Virus record (IMG/VR): IMGVR_UViG_3300008267_006855
Coordinates: 1,192-65,191 of that record
Direction: 5' to 3' (one strand)
Source of the DNA: a virus
Taxonomy: Duplodnaviria; Caudoviricetes
DNA length: 64,000 nucleotides
The notes beneath the pieces were generated by a model that saw nothing but the letters and a program-made list of their open reading frames with translations, was not told the DNA's origin and made no database searches. Shown here piece by piece: positions 19,934-29,917 of the stretch (position 1 is its first letter; the number at the start of each line of letters is the position of its first letter). The translations under genes were made by a program, and so were the position numbers.

Positions 19934-22900
19934 TTATTGTGTTAAAAATGTTAATGTTGGTGCAGTAAAGTTTGCAGTATATCTAGCAAATCTAGTGATA
20001 CGGAGATCATCAATATAACCATTGGTGTCTGCTGTAACAGATCCATTGTAAAATTCTGCGCCAATATAACAAGCACCGCTAAATGTAGATGAAGAAGACC
20101 ATGTGCTACCAGAGGCTGTACCGTTTACATATAGTGTTACAGTAGATCCAGATCTTACTACAGCAATATGAATCCAAGTTTGTCTTGTAGCAGCTGCTCC
20201 TGTTATTCTTATTGCGCCACTACTATATACTGTCCAATTACCTCCTGATACATATATTTCAATACCAGAAGCACCAACAGAATCTCCTAAAGTACAAAGT
20301 CTGTAATTACCAGTAGCATTCAAATAAGCCCACCCTTCAATAGTAAAATCTCCTGATAATGTAAAAATATCTAAAGCTCGACTAAAAATATAATCTCCAG
20401 AACCATCAAATGTTAATGAACCTGTGCCAAATTTTTTAGTGGAATTTAAACTAACATTACCAACAGTTTCCATAACATTGCGAGAAGTTATATCAACTAT
20501 TCCCATAGTGTTCATATTAGATAGATAATTAATACCAGAGTCATTTGGAAATGTTTGAAGTGCTGGGGTGAAGTCAGCAGTGTATTTTGCAACACCAGTT
20601 TGTATTTTAACTGATGAAATATATCCTGTGTAATAACCACTTAATGCTCCATCATATGGACCACCAACAGCGACTTTAAATGTTCTTGGTTGTAATGATG
20701 ATTGTTGAACTCTATATGTGTCCAAACTTTGTGCTAATGTTATTGGAGTTACAGAAGAAAGTCCATTGACAAAAATTCTAAGCGTATTGCTTGAATCTCT
20801 TGTTATTGCTATGTGACTCCATTCATTAATTTTTATTGGATTAGATGTAGCAGTTGTTCCACCATGGGAATTCCATACACCAGTAGAGTAACTAAATCCT
20901 ATAAAACCACTGGTGTTGATGTTTAAAAACCAACCTCCATTGTCTCCAGTTTGCCAATAAAATCTTGACATTATATTGGTGTTTAATGATAGAGGATATA
21001 TCCACAGTTCTATAGTAAAAGGTCCAGTTGTTATTAATCCACTATCTGTACTATTTGTCTGTAAGTAATCTGATCCATCAAAGTATGCAGATCCACCATG
21101 TGTTGCCAAAGAATATACATCGGTTGGCTTAAATGGAGAAAAATTAACAACTTTAGTATCACCGTTTCTAGTAATAGTAAAATTATTACTAGAATAATCT
21201 TTAAATCTATTAGATTGGCACATCAACAAAGATGTATTTGCAATCGCTGTTAATTCAGAAGTTGGTGGAGTAAATGCAGATGTATAAACAGCAGTTCCAT
21301 TTACAACACGTAAATTACTAATATACCCAGTAAAAGGAAGATCTGCACTGCTTCTATTACCAAGCATTAAATCTGCGACGTTCGGAAAAGTAGTAGACTG
21401 TGTATTTGAAGCTCTCTCAACCCCATCGATGTATATCTTTAGAGTTCCAGAGTTTTTAACTATTGCAATATGATGCCATCTGTTAACTGAAGTTGAATTA
21501 GCTGGCGTGCTTAATTGCGGGAATCCTGCATGACCTTGACCACCAACCACAAAATTTGTATTATTTAATGAGAAAACTGATCCGTTACTATTTCCACTTG
21601 CGTCAGTAGACATAATCAGACTATATGCTGCGGCAGAAGTAGCTGTTTTAAATGCCCAAAATTCTATTGTCCAAGCACTGGCAGCGCTTAAATCTGTTAG
21701 AACTGTTCTAGATAAGGTTAATGTATCTCCAGATCCATCAAAGAAATTACTCCATCTTGCTGGACTAAACGGAGAAAATGATCCCATTGAAGGATTACCA
21801 TTTCGTGTTACATTATTTCTTAACGCAGATTCATCAATAAATGTATGGTTATTAATTGATTGAAAATTTTGTAATGTTAACACCGCAGTATTTGCAACGG
21901 CTGTTAATTGAGATGTGGGAGGAGTAAAATTTGATGTGTAAAGAGAAGTACCTCTAACATATCTAAAATTAGACATATAACCTGCTACTGGTTCTCCTCC
22001 GTTGCTTTGTGCTCCAAGCATTAAAGGATTAGCCTGATCAACTAAAGACACACCTGCACTTGATAATGTTATAGTTGTTCCTAGAACACCATTTAAAAAT
22101 CCTCTTACAGTTTGTCCAGATCTTGTTATTGCAACGTGATTCCATGCGTTCAATGTCATTGTACCACATGAATAATTACTATTTACGCCATGTACATCCC
22201 AAGCTGATCCAGTATAACTTAAAAAGATATAAAATCCAAGATTGCGTTGAGCAAAGTAAAAGGCACCATAACCTGTTCCATTTTTACTAAACCACGCATA
22301 ATATGTATTACTTGCATTAGATGTTGGATATATCCATGCCTCTATTGTCCAATCTAGATTGCTAGGTTCTAAAGCAGCATTGTCCGCAATAGTTATATAA
22401 TCACCAGAACCATCAAAGAAACCTGATCCTGTTGTAGTATCTGTTTCTGTAAAAGGACCAAATGTTAAAACTTTAACATCACCGTTTTTAGTTATAGTAA
22501 AAGCATTAGTAGAATTGTCAATCAAACGATTTGATTGACAGGTCAGCAACGAGGTGTTAGTTATGTTGGTTAACGGTGCCGTGGGTGGCAAAAATATGGT
22601 TGCGCCAACAGTTGTGCTTGATGTTTGGTACGCGGCTGGAACCGAACCCTTTACCGACCGAAGGTTTGAAATGTTTCCATTCCAAAAATATACGTTTCCG
22701 TAACTAGCACCTACTCTATTTGTTGTGCTTGAAAGATTTGAAGATGATGTGAAAGTACCACCCAATACGCCATTAACAAACAACCTAAACACTCCACTCT
22801 GTCTTGTAGCACAAACGTGAAACCAAGTGTTTTTAGTGCAAACAATACTTGTCATTAAGTTTTGGACGTCTTGTCCCAAGTAAAAATAACCGTTTGTGAT

Positions 22901-23860
22901 GTTTATAGAGATATTAAATCCATCTGTGAATGGAGAACTTCCACTACGACTATCAAAAATAAATGAGTAATCAGAGAATGTGCCTGTGTAATACACCCAT
23001 GCTTCTACACAAACATCACCTGTTCCTGCATTAGTTACGCCACCAGTGGTAATAAGATAATCTCCCGTACCATCAAAATAATTACTCCAATTTGTATCGT
23101 ATGGACTAAAGGTGTGAGGTTTGGTATCACCACTAATAGTTGCAGAAAAACCATTTGGAGATACATCTGTAACAAAACTATTACTATCTCCATTAATTGC
23201 TAATACTGTTCTGTTGAAGTATTCATCTGTAGAAGTTACAGTTAATGTAATTAGAAACTGAAAAGATTGTAATTGTGCATCAGAAATAATAACTGTAAAT
23301 TGATAAATTCCGTCTACGGTTGAACCAGATATTAATCCTGAAGAAGATAAAGATAATCCGGCAGGTAATGTACTACCAGATTGCAATTCATAAGTCAATG
23401 GTGCGTCACCTGTTCCAACAAGTTGAACAGAAACCGTTAATGGTGTTGTTGTGACATAAGATGTTTGAGTAAAATCTGGAGTACCACTTACTAATAAACC
23501 TGGTGCCCAAATTGCACCTGAATTATCAGGATTAAAAACAAATATGTTTGTGTTACCAAGTCCAGATGCAGTTGGTAATGCAACACGAAGCTCTGTTGAG
23601 TTTACATATGTTACATTTGCCGAAACAACTTTTGAACCAGAAACAAATACATTTGCAGAAGAATTAAAACCTGTTCCAACAATCTTTATATATGAATTAG
23701 TTGTTGCTACAGCAGTATCATCTAAATTATTAAAATTACTATCAGTAACAATAATTGATGTAATTGCTACAGAGCCAGCACCAATACCTCCACCACCTGT
23801 TCTGCTATTGGTGAATGTAAAATTGGAAACACGATTCTGGCTTGCTGTTTTTAATGACAT
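19934..23860 (-). CDS. Multi-LamG adhesin, paralog 3 (intact ATG start)
   Basis: 1308 aa; LDDTAV IPT domain followed by five FDG.GD LamG repeats; ends YIDDLRITRFARYTANFTAP. Confidence 0.85.
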   Translation of the reverse strand: MSLKTASQNRVSNFTFTNSRTGGGGIGAGSVAITSIIVTDSNFNNLDDTAVATTNSYIKIVGTGFNSSANVFVSGSKVVSANVTYVNSTELRVALPTASGLGNTNIFVFNPDNSGAIWAPGLLVSGTPDFTQTSYVTTTPLTVSVQLVGTGDAPLTYELQSGSTLPAGLSLSSSGLISGSTVDGIYQFTVIISDAQLQSFQFLITLTVTSTDEYFNRTVLAINGDSNSFVTDVSPNGFSATISGDTKPHTFSPYDTNWSNYFDGTGDYLITTGGVTNAGTGDVCVEAWVYYTGTFSDYSFIFDSRSGSSPFTDGFNISINITNGYFYLGQDVQNLMTSIVCTKNTWFHVCATRQSGVFRLFVNGVLGGTFTSSSNLSSTTNRVGASYGNVYFWNGNISNLRSVKGSVPAAYQTSSTTVGATIFLPPTAPLTNITNTSLLTCQSNRLIDNSTNAFTITKNGDVKVLTFGPFTETDTTTGSGFFDGSGDYITIADNAALEPSNLDWTIEAWIYPTSNASNTYYAWFSKNGTGYGAFYFAQRNLGFYIFLSYTGSAWDVHGVNSNYSCGTMTLNAWNHVAITRSGQTVRGFLNGVLGTTITLSSAGVSLVDQANPLMLGAQSNGGEPVAGYMSNFRYVRGTSLYTSNFTPPTSQLTAVANTAVLTLQNFQSINNHTFIDESALRNNVTRNGNPSMGSFSPFSPARWSNFFDGSGDTLTLSRTVLTDLSAASAWTIEFWAFKTATSAAAYSLIMSTDASGNSNGSVFSLNNTNFVVGGQGHAGFPQLSTPANSTSVNRWHHIAIVKNSGTLKIYIDGVERASNTQSTTFPNVADLMLGNRSSADLPFTGYISNLRVVNGTAVYTSAFTPPTSELTAIANTSLLMCQSNRFKDYSSNNFTITRNGDTKVVNFSPFKPTDVYSLATHGGSAYFDGSDYLQTNSTDSGLITTGPFTIELWIYPLSLNTNIMSRFYWQTGDNGGWFLNINTSGFIGFSYSTGVWNSHGGTTATSNPIKINEWSHIAITRDSSNTLRIFVNGLSSVTPITLAQSLDTYRVQQSSLQPRTFKVAVGGPYDGALSGYYTGYISSVKIQTGVAKYTADFTPALQTFPNDSGINYLSNMNTMGIVDITSRNVMETVGNVSLNSTKKFGTGSLTFDGSGDYIFSRALDIFTLSGDFTIEGWAYLNATGNYRLCTLGDSVGASGIEIYVSGGNWTVYSSGAIRITGAAATRQTWIHIAVVRSGSTVTLYVNGTASGSTWSSSSTFSGACYIGAEFYNGSVTADTNGYIDDLRITRFARYTANFTAPTLTFLTQ

Positions 23861-24189
23861 TAATTAATCTCACTACCAAACGCACTAAAACTAATATTAT
23901 TTGAAGATGAATTACAGGTTAAAACATCTGAGTTTGCAAGTGTTATACCAAGAGTCATAGCAACCATATCATTTGCTGGTACAGTTGTATTGTATGCAAT
24001 GTAGTGTTTGTTAGCTAATGTTTCTCCGCTTGGCCTAACTGCCACACTAAAGGCACCAGATGAACTTGAAAGATTGCATATGGTTACTGTACTGACCACG
24101 GCTGAAGTTGCACTAGGTACAGTATATATTGTGTTAGCCACATTAGCAGTTGGATTTATTTGTCCTAAAACTTTGTATGAAATTCCCAT
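23860..24189 (-). CDS. Small beta-rich virion adaptor protein
   Basis: MGISYKVLGQINP...YTVPSATSAVVSTVTICN...FSAFGSEIN. Confidence 0.75.
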   Translation of the reverse strand: MGISYKVLGQINPTANVANTIYTVPSATSAVVSTVTICNLSSSSGAFSVAVRPSGETLANKHYIAYNTTVPANDMVAMTLGITLANSDVLTCNSSSNNISFSAFGSEIN

Positions 24190-24199
24190 TTGTTATCCT

Positions 24200-27094
24200 T
24201 TAAGCACCCATCAACAAAAATGAACTTAATATATTTATAGGTGATGACCAAGCAACTAATTGTATAGTAGCATATGCAGTTGCTGGTGATGTTAATACTA
24301 CCGTTAAACCGTCAGAAGCAGTATAGTCGCTATCTTTAATTAATTTAACACCGTTGTAGTAAACATCTAAAGCATTTACATCATAACCTTGGCTAGTTGT
24401 AAATGTAGTCTGATTTGCAGTTGCAATAAATGTGTCTGTTACCTTTATACCACCTGCACTAATTATACCAGTATCTAATCTTACAGAAGATCCTGTAATG
24501 TCTAACCAGTATGCATTTGTACCATCCGATGTATAACGATACATAACATCTGTGGTTGTTTTATACCATATATCACCAACAACAGGATTCAATGGTGCAG
24601 TAGCAGAACTGGTTGATCTGATGCCTCCACCAACAACATTACCCGTAACTACTAGTGTATTATTAGATGTATAATAATTTAGATTGGCATTGTTGGCAAT
24701 ATATCCAGCAGAATTAACCGTCAGTACATTATTAGGTGCAAAACCACCAAGAGATACTACACCACCTCCACCACCAGTATTTGCTTGATTAAATGCAGCT
24801 TGAGTATAAGCTAATACATCATAACCATTAATGAAAACAGAATTACTAATTAAATTAGCTTTTAATGTTGAAATTCTAAGTGATGCATGATTTGGATCTA
24901 ATAGATTAGTACCTTGAATTTCTGGCGTATAATTATCTAACAAATACCAAGTATTTGTAGAAACATCTTTAATGAGACCGGTATGTTTAAGAGTATCACT
25001 TTCTATATAATGTGCAACAAAACCAATATCGAGTGCATTACCTGTGTTATTGTTTGCAAGAAGAATAATAGGATCATTGATAACAACATTATTTGAAGTA
25101 TAAGTTGTTGTGTTTCCAGAAACAAATAAATTTCCTGTAACTGTTAAGTCACCTGAGATTGTACCACCAGAAGAATTTAATTTTGTATTGGCAGTATTGA
25201 ATGAAGCTTGTGCAAGAACATTTGCAGAATTGGCCTGAGCATATGCACCAAAGGAATAATTATTAATTGCATCTAATCTGGTATTCTGAGTGTTATCGAC
25301 ACCTTGAATTATGATTGTGTTGGACGATGCTGAGTTTGCTGTATTTCTGGCATATTGATCAACAGAAGAACCTACATTAATATTATTTGCAGCATTAAAA
25401 GCAGCTTGCGCTAATGAATTTGCAGAGTTGGCTTTGTCATAAGCATTTTGAGCAAGCGTTGCAGTTGGAGACCAAACAGATAAAGCATCGGATGCAACCG
25501 CATATGCCAAATTTGCCTGAGCATATGAACTATTAGCGTAAGAATTTATGGCTATAATTCTGGTATTTTGCCAAGTATCTACACCTTGAGTATAAATTGT
25601 GTTTGCACTTGCTGAGTTGGCTGTTAATCTAGCAACGTTGTCAATTGCATATTCACCACCAGTATTTGCTTTATTAAATGCGGCTTGTGCTAGTACATTA
25701 GCAGAGTTTGCTTTATCAAATGATGCCTGAATATAGGTATTTTGTGTTATATTGACTTCTGCTAATTTTGATGCCAATATATCAGCGGCTTCTGCCATGT
25801 TGTAAGCAGAATTGGCTTTATCAAATATTGTTTTACCATTAAATGTGATGCTCTTATATGGTGTATCAGACGGATTGGTTGTTATTACAATACCATTTGC
25901 ACCATTGATACGGATAATATCATCACCAACCGCATTAAGATCACCTTGACCAACAACATTCCATGTTGAGAATGTACTGCCTAAAGAAATCTTTACATTA
26001 CCTTCTCCCATATCATAGACATGGAAACCAGTAAATGTATCAAATGCAATTGTAGAAACATTAGAAACAATATTACTATAAACATTTGAACTGTCTATAG
26101 AAGCAACTTTGAGCATTGGACTGGCATTATTTGCCTTATCAAATGCAGCTTGTATTCTGGTGTTTTGTGTGGTGTCTACACCTTGTATTACGGCAATATC
26201 AGCTGCATTTGTATTTGCTTTATTGAAAGCAGATTGTGCCAAATTGTTTGCAGCATTGGCCTGTGTATAAGCACCGCCTGCATATGAATCTACTGCTGTA
26301 ATCCTAGTATTCTGTGTCGCATCTACACCTTGAGTGTAAACGGTATTTGAAGAAGCAGAGTTGGCTGTATCTCTAGAGTACTGATCTATTGCATTATTGG
26401 CTTTATTAAATGCAGACTGTGCTAAATTATTCGCTGCAATTGCTTGAGTGTATGCACCATCAGCATATGAATCTACTGCTGCAATTCTGGTATTTTGCCA
26501 TGTATCAACACCTTGAGTATAGATGGTGTTAGATGTTAGAGAATTTAATTTATCGGTTAAATCGATACCATTTACAATGACAGATGTTGCAATTAAATTG
26601 CCTTTAAAATAATCTGCTTGAATATTTGCACGACTAAAACTACTGTCGTTCAAATCAATTAAAGAATTAGAAGTTACACCTGGTGTGTAACCATCAAAAA
26701 ATAAAAATTCTTTTAAATTTGGATCTCTAAATAATCCTGCTTTACGAACTGTACCATCATTATATGTTCCAACAAAACCAAAATCTATAGCATCACTTAA
26801 TGTATTGTTGTTTGCAAGAAGTAATAGTGATGCATCGATGTCTATACTTGCTGTATTTAAAGTTACTTCGGTACCAAGAACTGTTAAATTTCCTGTTACA
26901 GTCAAATTTTCCGTTATTGAAACATCACCGTTAATGGTGCCACCATTGTTAACAAAATTATTGCCTACATTCGCCGCAGCAAAAGCAGCATTTAATCTTG
27001 TTGTTGTGGAAGATATTATATTGTTTTGATATGCATCTACGCCTTGTGTATAAACAGTATTAGCCGATGCTGTATTTGCAACAATTGTTGTTTG
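24200..27094 (-). CDS. Long coiled-coil fibre, 3' part of a broken gene
   Basis: The frame is open up to 27094 (IVANTASANTVYTQGVD...), well upstream of the TTG at 26905. Contains AFNKAN repeats and LANNN..D.GF modules; ends SSFLLMGA. Confidence 0.75.
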   Translation of the reverse strand, partial: QTTIVANTASANTVYTQGVDAYQNNIISSTTTRLNAAFAAANVGNNFVNNGGTINGDVSITENLTVTGNLTVLGTEVTLNTASIDIDASLLLLANNNTLSDAIDFGFVGTYNDGTVRKAGLFRDPNLKEFLFFDGYTPGVTSNSLIDLNDSSFSRANIQADYFKGNLIATSVIVNGIDLTDKLNSLTSNTIYTQGVDTWQNTRIAAVDSYADGAYTQAIAANNLAQSAFNKANNAIDQYSRDTANSASSNTVYTQGVDATQNTRITAVDSYAGGAYTQANAANNLAQSAFNKANTNAADIAVIQGVDTTQNTRIQAAFDKANNASPMLKVASIDSSNVYSNIVSNVSTIAFDTFTGFHVYDMGEGNVKISLGSTFSTWNVVGQGDLNAVGDDIIRINGANGIVITTNPSDTPYKSITFNGKTIFDKANSAYNMAEAADILASKLAEVNITQNTYIQASFDKANSANVLAQAAFNKANTGGEYAIDNVARLTANSASANTIYTQGVDTWQNTRIIAINSYANSSYAQANLAYAVASDALSVWSPTATLAQNAYDKANSANSLAQAAFNAANNINVGSSVDQYARNTANSASSNTIIIQGVDNTQNTRLDAINNYSFGAYAQANSANVLAQASFNTANTKLNSSGGTISGDLTVTGNLFVSGNTTTYTSNNVVINDPIILLANNNTGNALDIGFVAHYIESDTLKHTGLIKDVSTNTWYLLDNYTPEIQGTNLLDPNHASLRISTLKANLISNSVFINGYDVLAYTQAAFNQANTGGGGGVVSLGGFAPNNVLTVNSAGYIANNANLNYYTSNNTLVVTGNVVGGGIRSTSSATAPLNPVVGDIWYKTTTDVMYRYTSDGTNAYWLDITGSSVRLDTGIISAGGIKVTDTFIATANQTTFTTSQGYDVNALDVYYNGVKLIKDSDYTASDGLTVVLTSPATAYATIQLVAWSSPINILSSFLLMGA

Positions 27095-27677
27095 CTAAAA
27101 ATATTATTGGATTATCAATCTGTAAGCTGTTGGTATTTGTATATGTGGTGTTGCCTTCAATTATAAAATCATCACCTACAGTTAAACTACCAGTTATATT
27201 AACATTACCTGTAACTGTACCACCAGAACTTACAAATGTATTGCCAACATTGGCTGCAGCAAATGCCGCATTGATTCTTGTATTTTGTGCCGCATCAACA
27301 CCTTGTGTATAAACAGTATTGGCTGCAATTGTATTTGCAATGTCTCTTACAATCTGATCTATATCATCAGAAAGAGCATTGATAGTTATTGTTTTTGATG
27401 ATGAGTTTGTTGAGATGCTTACATTATTACCTGCAACAATACTTAAAGTATCCGTTGGTGAAGTTGCAAGTATTAATGTTGAGTTTGAATTGATTGTGGC
27501 AAAAGAGTCTGGTTGTATGCCAACCAGATCCAGATCAAATGATGATATTTGATTATTAGCTCTCTTAAAAAATAATTTACCGTCAGCATAGTTAAGAGCT
27601 AATTCTCCAAACTGTAGACTTGACGGTATATTTCCTGTTACGCCAGAGCTTTTTAAACGAATTTTTGTATTTGCCAT
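27060..27677 (-). pseudogene. 5' part of the same fibre gene, out of frame with the 3' part
   Basis: Head reads MANTKIRLKSS..GELALNYADGKLFFK. The protein leaves its module after DNPIIFLANNN and stops 7 codons later; the 3' part is in the +1 frame. Confidence 0.7.
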
Positions 27678-27680
27678 TTA

Positions 27681-28187
27681 CTAAAAACTTCCACCGTCTT
27701 TCGTATTTTCTTTATTTATAGATGATTCTTCAACAACTTCTTTTGCTTTTGGAGAATCAACTTTACGTCTTTGAGCAGGAGTTAATTGTAAATATTCAAT
27801 TTTTTTATTTAATTTGGCAATAACTTCATCTTTTTCTTCAATGGTCTTTTGTGCTTTAGATAATTCAGACCTAAAAGTTTTAATATGTTCTACTTGATGT
27901 TTTGTTTTATCATATTCAGTTTCTTTATCTTTGATAGCTTCAAGTTTTTTTGTTAACTCATTAACAGCATCTTTTAAAGATTTTATTTCTTGAGTTTCAA
28001 AATTGTTTTTATTTGTTTTTAGTGTTTGAAGTTCTTCATCAAAGTTTTTTAACTGAAATTCATATGTTTCAATTACTTCTTTGCTAATTCTTTCGTTAGC
28101 TTGTAATGATATATTTCTCAACAAAGCATCATTTAAAGTACTAGCCAAAATATCAATGTAATAATTAATATACTTATCATTTTCCAT
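27681..28187 (-). CDS. Lys/Glu-rich coiled-coil protein with C-terminal DGGSF
   Basis: 168-aa ORF with heptad-like charged sequence. Confidence 0.75.
   Translation of the reverse strand: MENDKYINYYIDILASTLNDALLRNISLQANERISKEVIETYEFQLKNFDEELQTLKTNKNNFETQEIKSLKDAVNELTKKLEAIKDKETEYDKTKHQVEHIKTFRSELSKAQKTIEEKDEVIAKLNKKIEYLQLTPAQRRKVDSPKAKEVVEESSINKENTKDGGSF
27713..27720 (-). promoter_or_regulatory. T4-type late promoter (TATAAATA)
   Basis: Perfect consensus, inside the upstream gene, ~35 nt before the ATG at 27677. Confidence 0.5.
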
Positions 28188-28218
28188 AACAAACTCCTAT
28201 TCATTAAACAATTATATA

Positions 28219-29883
28219 TTAGAATGTTCCACCCTCTAATGTTGTGGACCAAACAGGAGTTCCAGAAGAATTTACGGTTAATATTTGACTTGACCAATCT
28301 TGATCAGCGCCTTCAGCTCCTGCAGCTGCTGTAACTTGTAATGCTCCTGTTCCATTTCCATATATGATACCTTTTGTAGTTGCAGATGCAAATCCTGTAC
28401 CACCTTGTGGAACTGTTAAACCTGATATTGCTGAACCTGTTGCAGCAGTTAATCTACCATAAGCATCAACAGTTACAGAAGTTATTGTATTGTTTGTGGC
28501 AAGAGAACCTGTTAGTGTATAAGTTGTGTTTGCAAGAGAAGAAAATCCTTCTGCGCCAGCAATTAATATACCACCTGTAGTATAAGAAGAAGAACCGGTA
28601 CCACCACGAGCATAAGGAAGAACACCAGAAATTAATTGAGAGGTGTCAATTGCAATATTTTCTACAGTTGCGGATGTAGCTCTACCATAATCATCAACTG
28701 TTAATGCCGATATTGTTCTGTTATTTCCTAAAGTTGGTCCTGTTAGTGTGAATAAAGAATTGGCTAAAGACTTTAATGCATTAGTTCCATCACCAATAAC
28801 AATTTGTCCAGCTGAAAATGTATTTGTTCCTGTACCACCAGACCCTACAGGTAGTGCTGTGCTTAAAGCTAAAGAACCAGAAGAAATTGTTGTTGCAATT
28901 ACATTACCTTTGAAGTAATTGGCATTGACATTTGCCTTTGCAAAAGTAGCGTGTGAAGTGTCAATTGTATTATTTGAATTTATTTCTGGATCATAGTCAG
29001 CAAATACATAATATTCTTGGTTTGTGGCACTTCTAAAGAAACCAGTATGTGAATTTACTCCTATGCCACCATGGTGAGCAATAAAGCCAATGTCTACTGT
29101 GTCAGTAGTATAATTATTGCCAGCTAAAAATATTAATGAATCTTCAAGTCTTAATGTACTTGTTTCAATTACTGTTGAGTTACCCAATACGGTTAAGTTA
29201 CCAGTAACAACTAAATCTTTATCTGCGGCAATTCTTAAACTAGTATTGATTATCTGTTCGCCACCTGAAGTGTTTGCACGAACAACGGTATTATCAACAC
29301 TTAATGTTACATTATCAAGACCAACATTACTTGTAATACCTTCACCACCAATTACAGTAAGTGTATCGCCGCCAGAAACTTCACTTGTTCCTGAGTCACC
29401 ATTCAAAGTAAAGGATGTTGAAATTGGATTTGTTGTAACACTTGTAATACGACCATTTGCAGCAACAGTAATTGTTGGAATCGATGTGCCAGAACCAAAT
29501 GTTCCTGCGGTTGTTACATTTGAAAGATTTGCAGAAAGTGCTACGGCTCCTGTACCATCAAATGATACAGCTGATGCAATAACTTCACCACCTATGGAGA
29601 AGTTTCTGCCTGTTTCTAATGCAGTTGCGGTGTTTGAATTACCATATAATCTACCATAAAATGCACCATTTGCATCTCTTTTAACTAATGTATTAAATGC
29701 ATTTGCAGCTGTTGCCGTTCCAATGTCTGCTATAGAAGTACCACCAATCGCTATTGGACCACCACCGGTAGTACCAATAAACAAGGTATTTGAAGCATAG
29801 GAATACGCCAGTTCACCAGGTGATAAAGATGTGGGTGTACTAGTGACTAGTGATCGTTTTATCTGAATTCTTGTATTGGCCAT
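28219..29883 (-). CDS. Tail fibre protein (IQIKRS..GELAY head, GGTG repeats)
   Basis: 554 aa; L....GGTG and TVD.YGR.T repeats; ends LEGGTF. Confidence 0.8.
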   Translation of the reverse strand: MANTRIQIKRSLVTSTPTSLSPGELAYSYASNTLFIGTTGGGPIAIGGTSIADIGTATAANAFNTLVKRDANGAFYGRLYGNSNTATALETGRNFSIGGEVIASAVSFDGTGAVALSANLSNVTTAGTFGSGTSIPTITVAANGRITSVTTNPISTSFTLNGDSGTSEVSGGDTLTVIGGEGITSNVGLDNVTLSVDNTVVRANTSGGEQIINTSLRIAADKDLVVTGNLTVLGNSTVIETSTLRLEDSLIFLAGNNYTTDTVDIGFIAHHGGIGVNSHTGFFRSATNQEYYVFADYDPEINSNNTIDTSHATFAKANVNANYFKGNVIATTISSGSLALSTALPVGSGGTGTNTFSAGQIVIGDGTNALKSLANSLFTLTGPTLGNNRTISALTVDDYGRATSATVENIAIDTSQLISGVLPYARGGTGSSSYTTGGILIAGAEGFSSLANTTYTLTGSLATNNTITSVTVDAYGRLTAATGSAISGLTVPQGGTGFASATTKGIIYGNGTGALQVTAAAGAEGADQDWSSQILTVNSSGTPVWSTTLEGGTF

Positions 29884-29909
29884 TTTCTATCCTTGCATAG
29901 ATTCTATGG

Positions 29910-29917
29910 TATTTATT
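29910..29917 (-). promoter_or_regulatory. T4-type late promoter (AATAAATA)
   Basis: Intergenic, before 28219..29883. Confidence 0.6.

Noticed and set aside
24232-24239. Perfect TATAAATA inside the end of the long fibre gene
   Set aside because: It could be a promoter for the gene starting at 24189, but may be chance in AT-rich coding sequence, so it is not listed as a feature.
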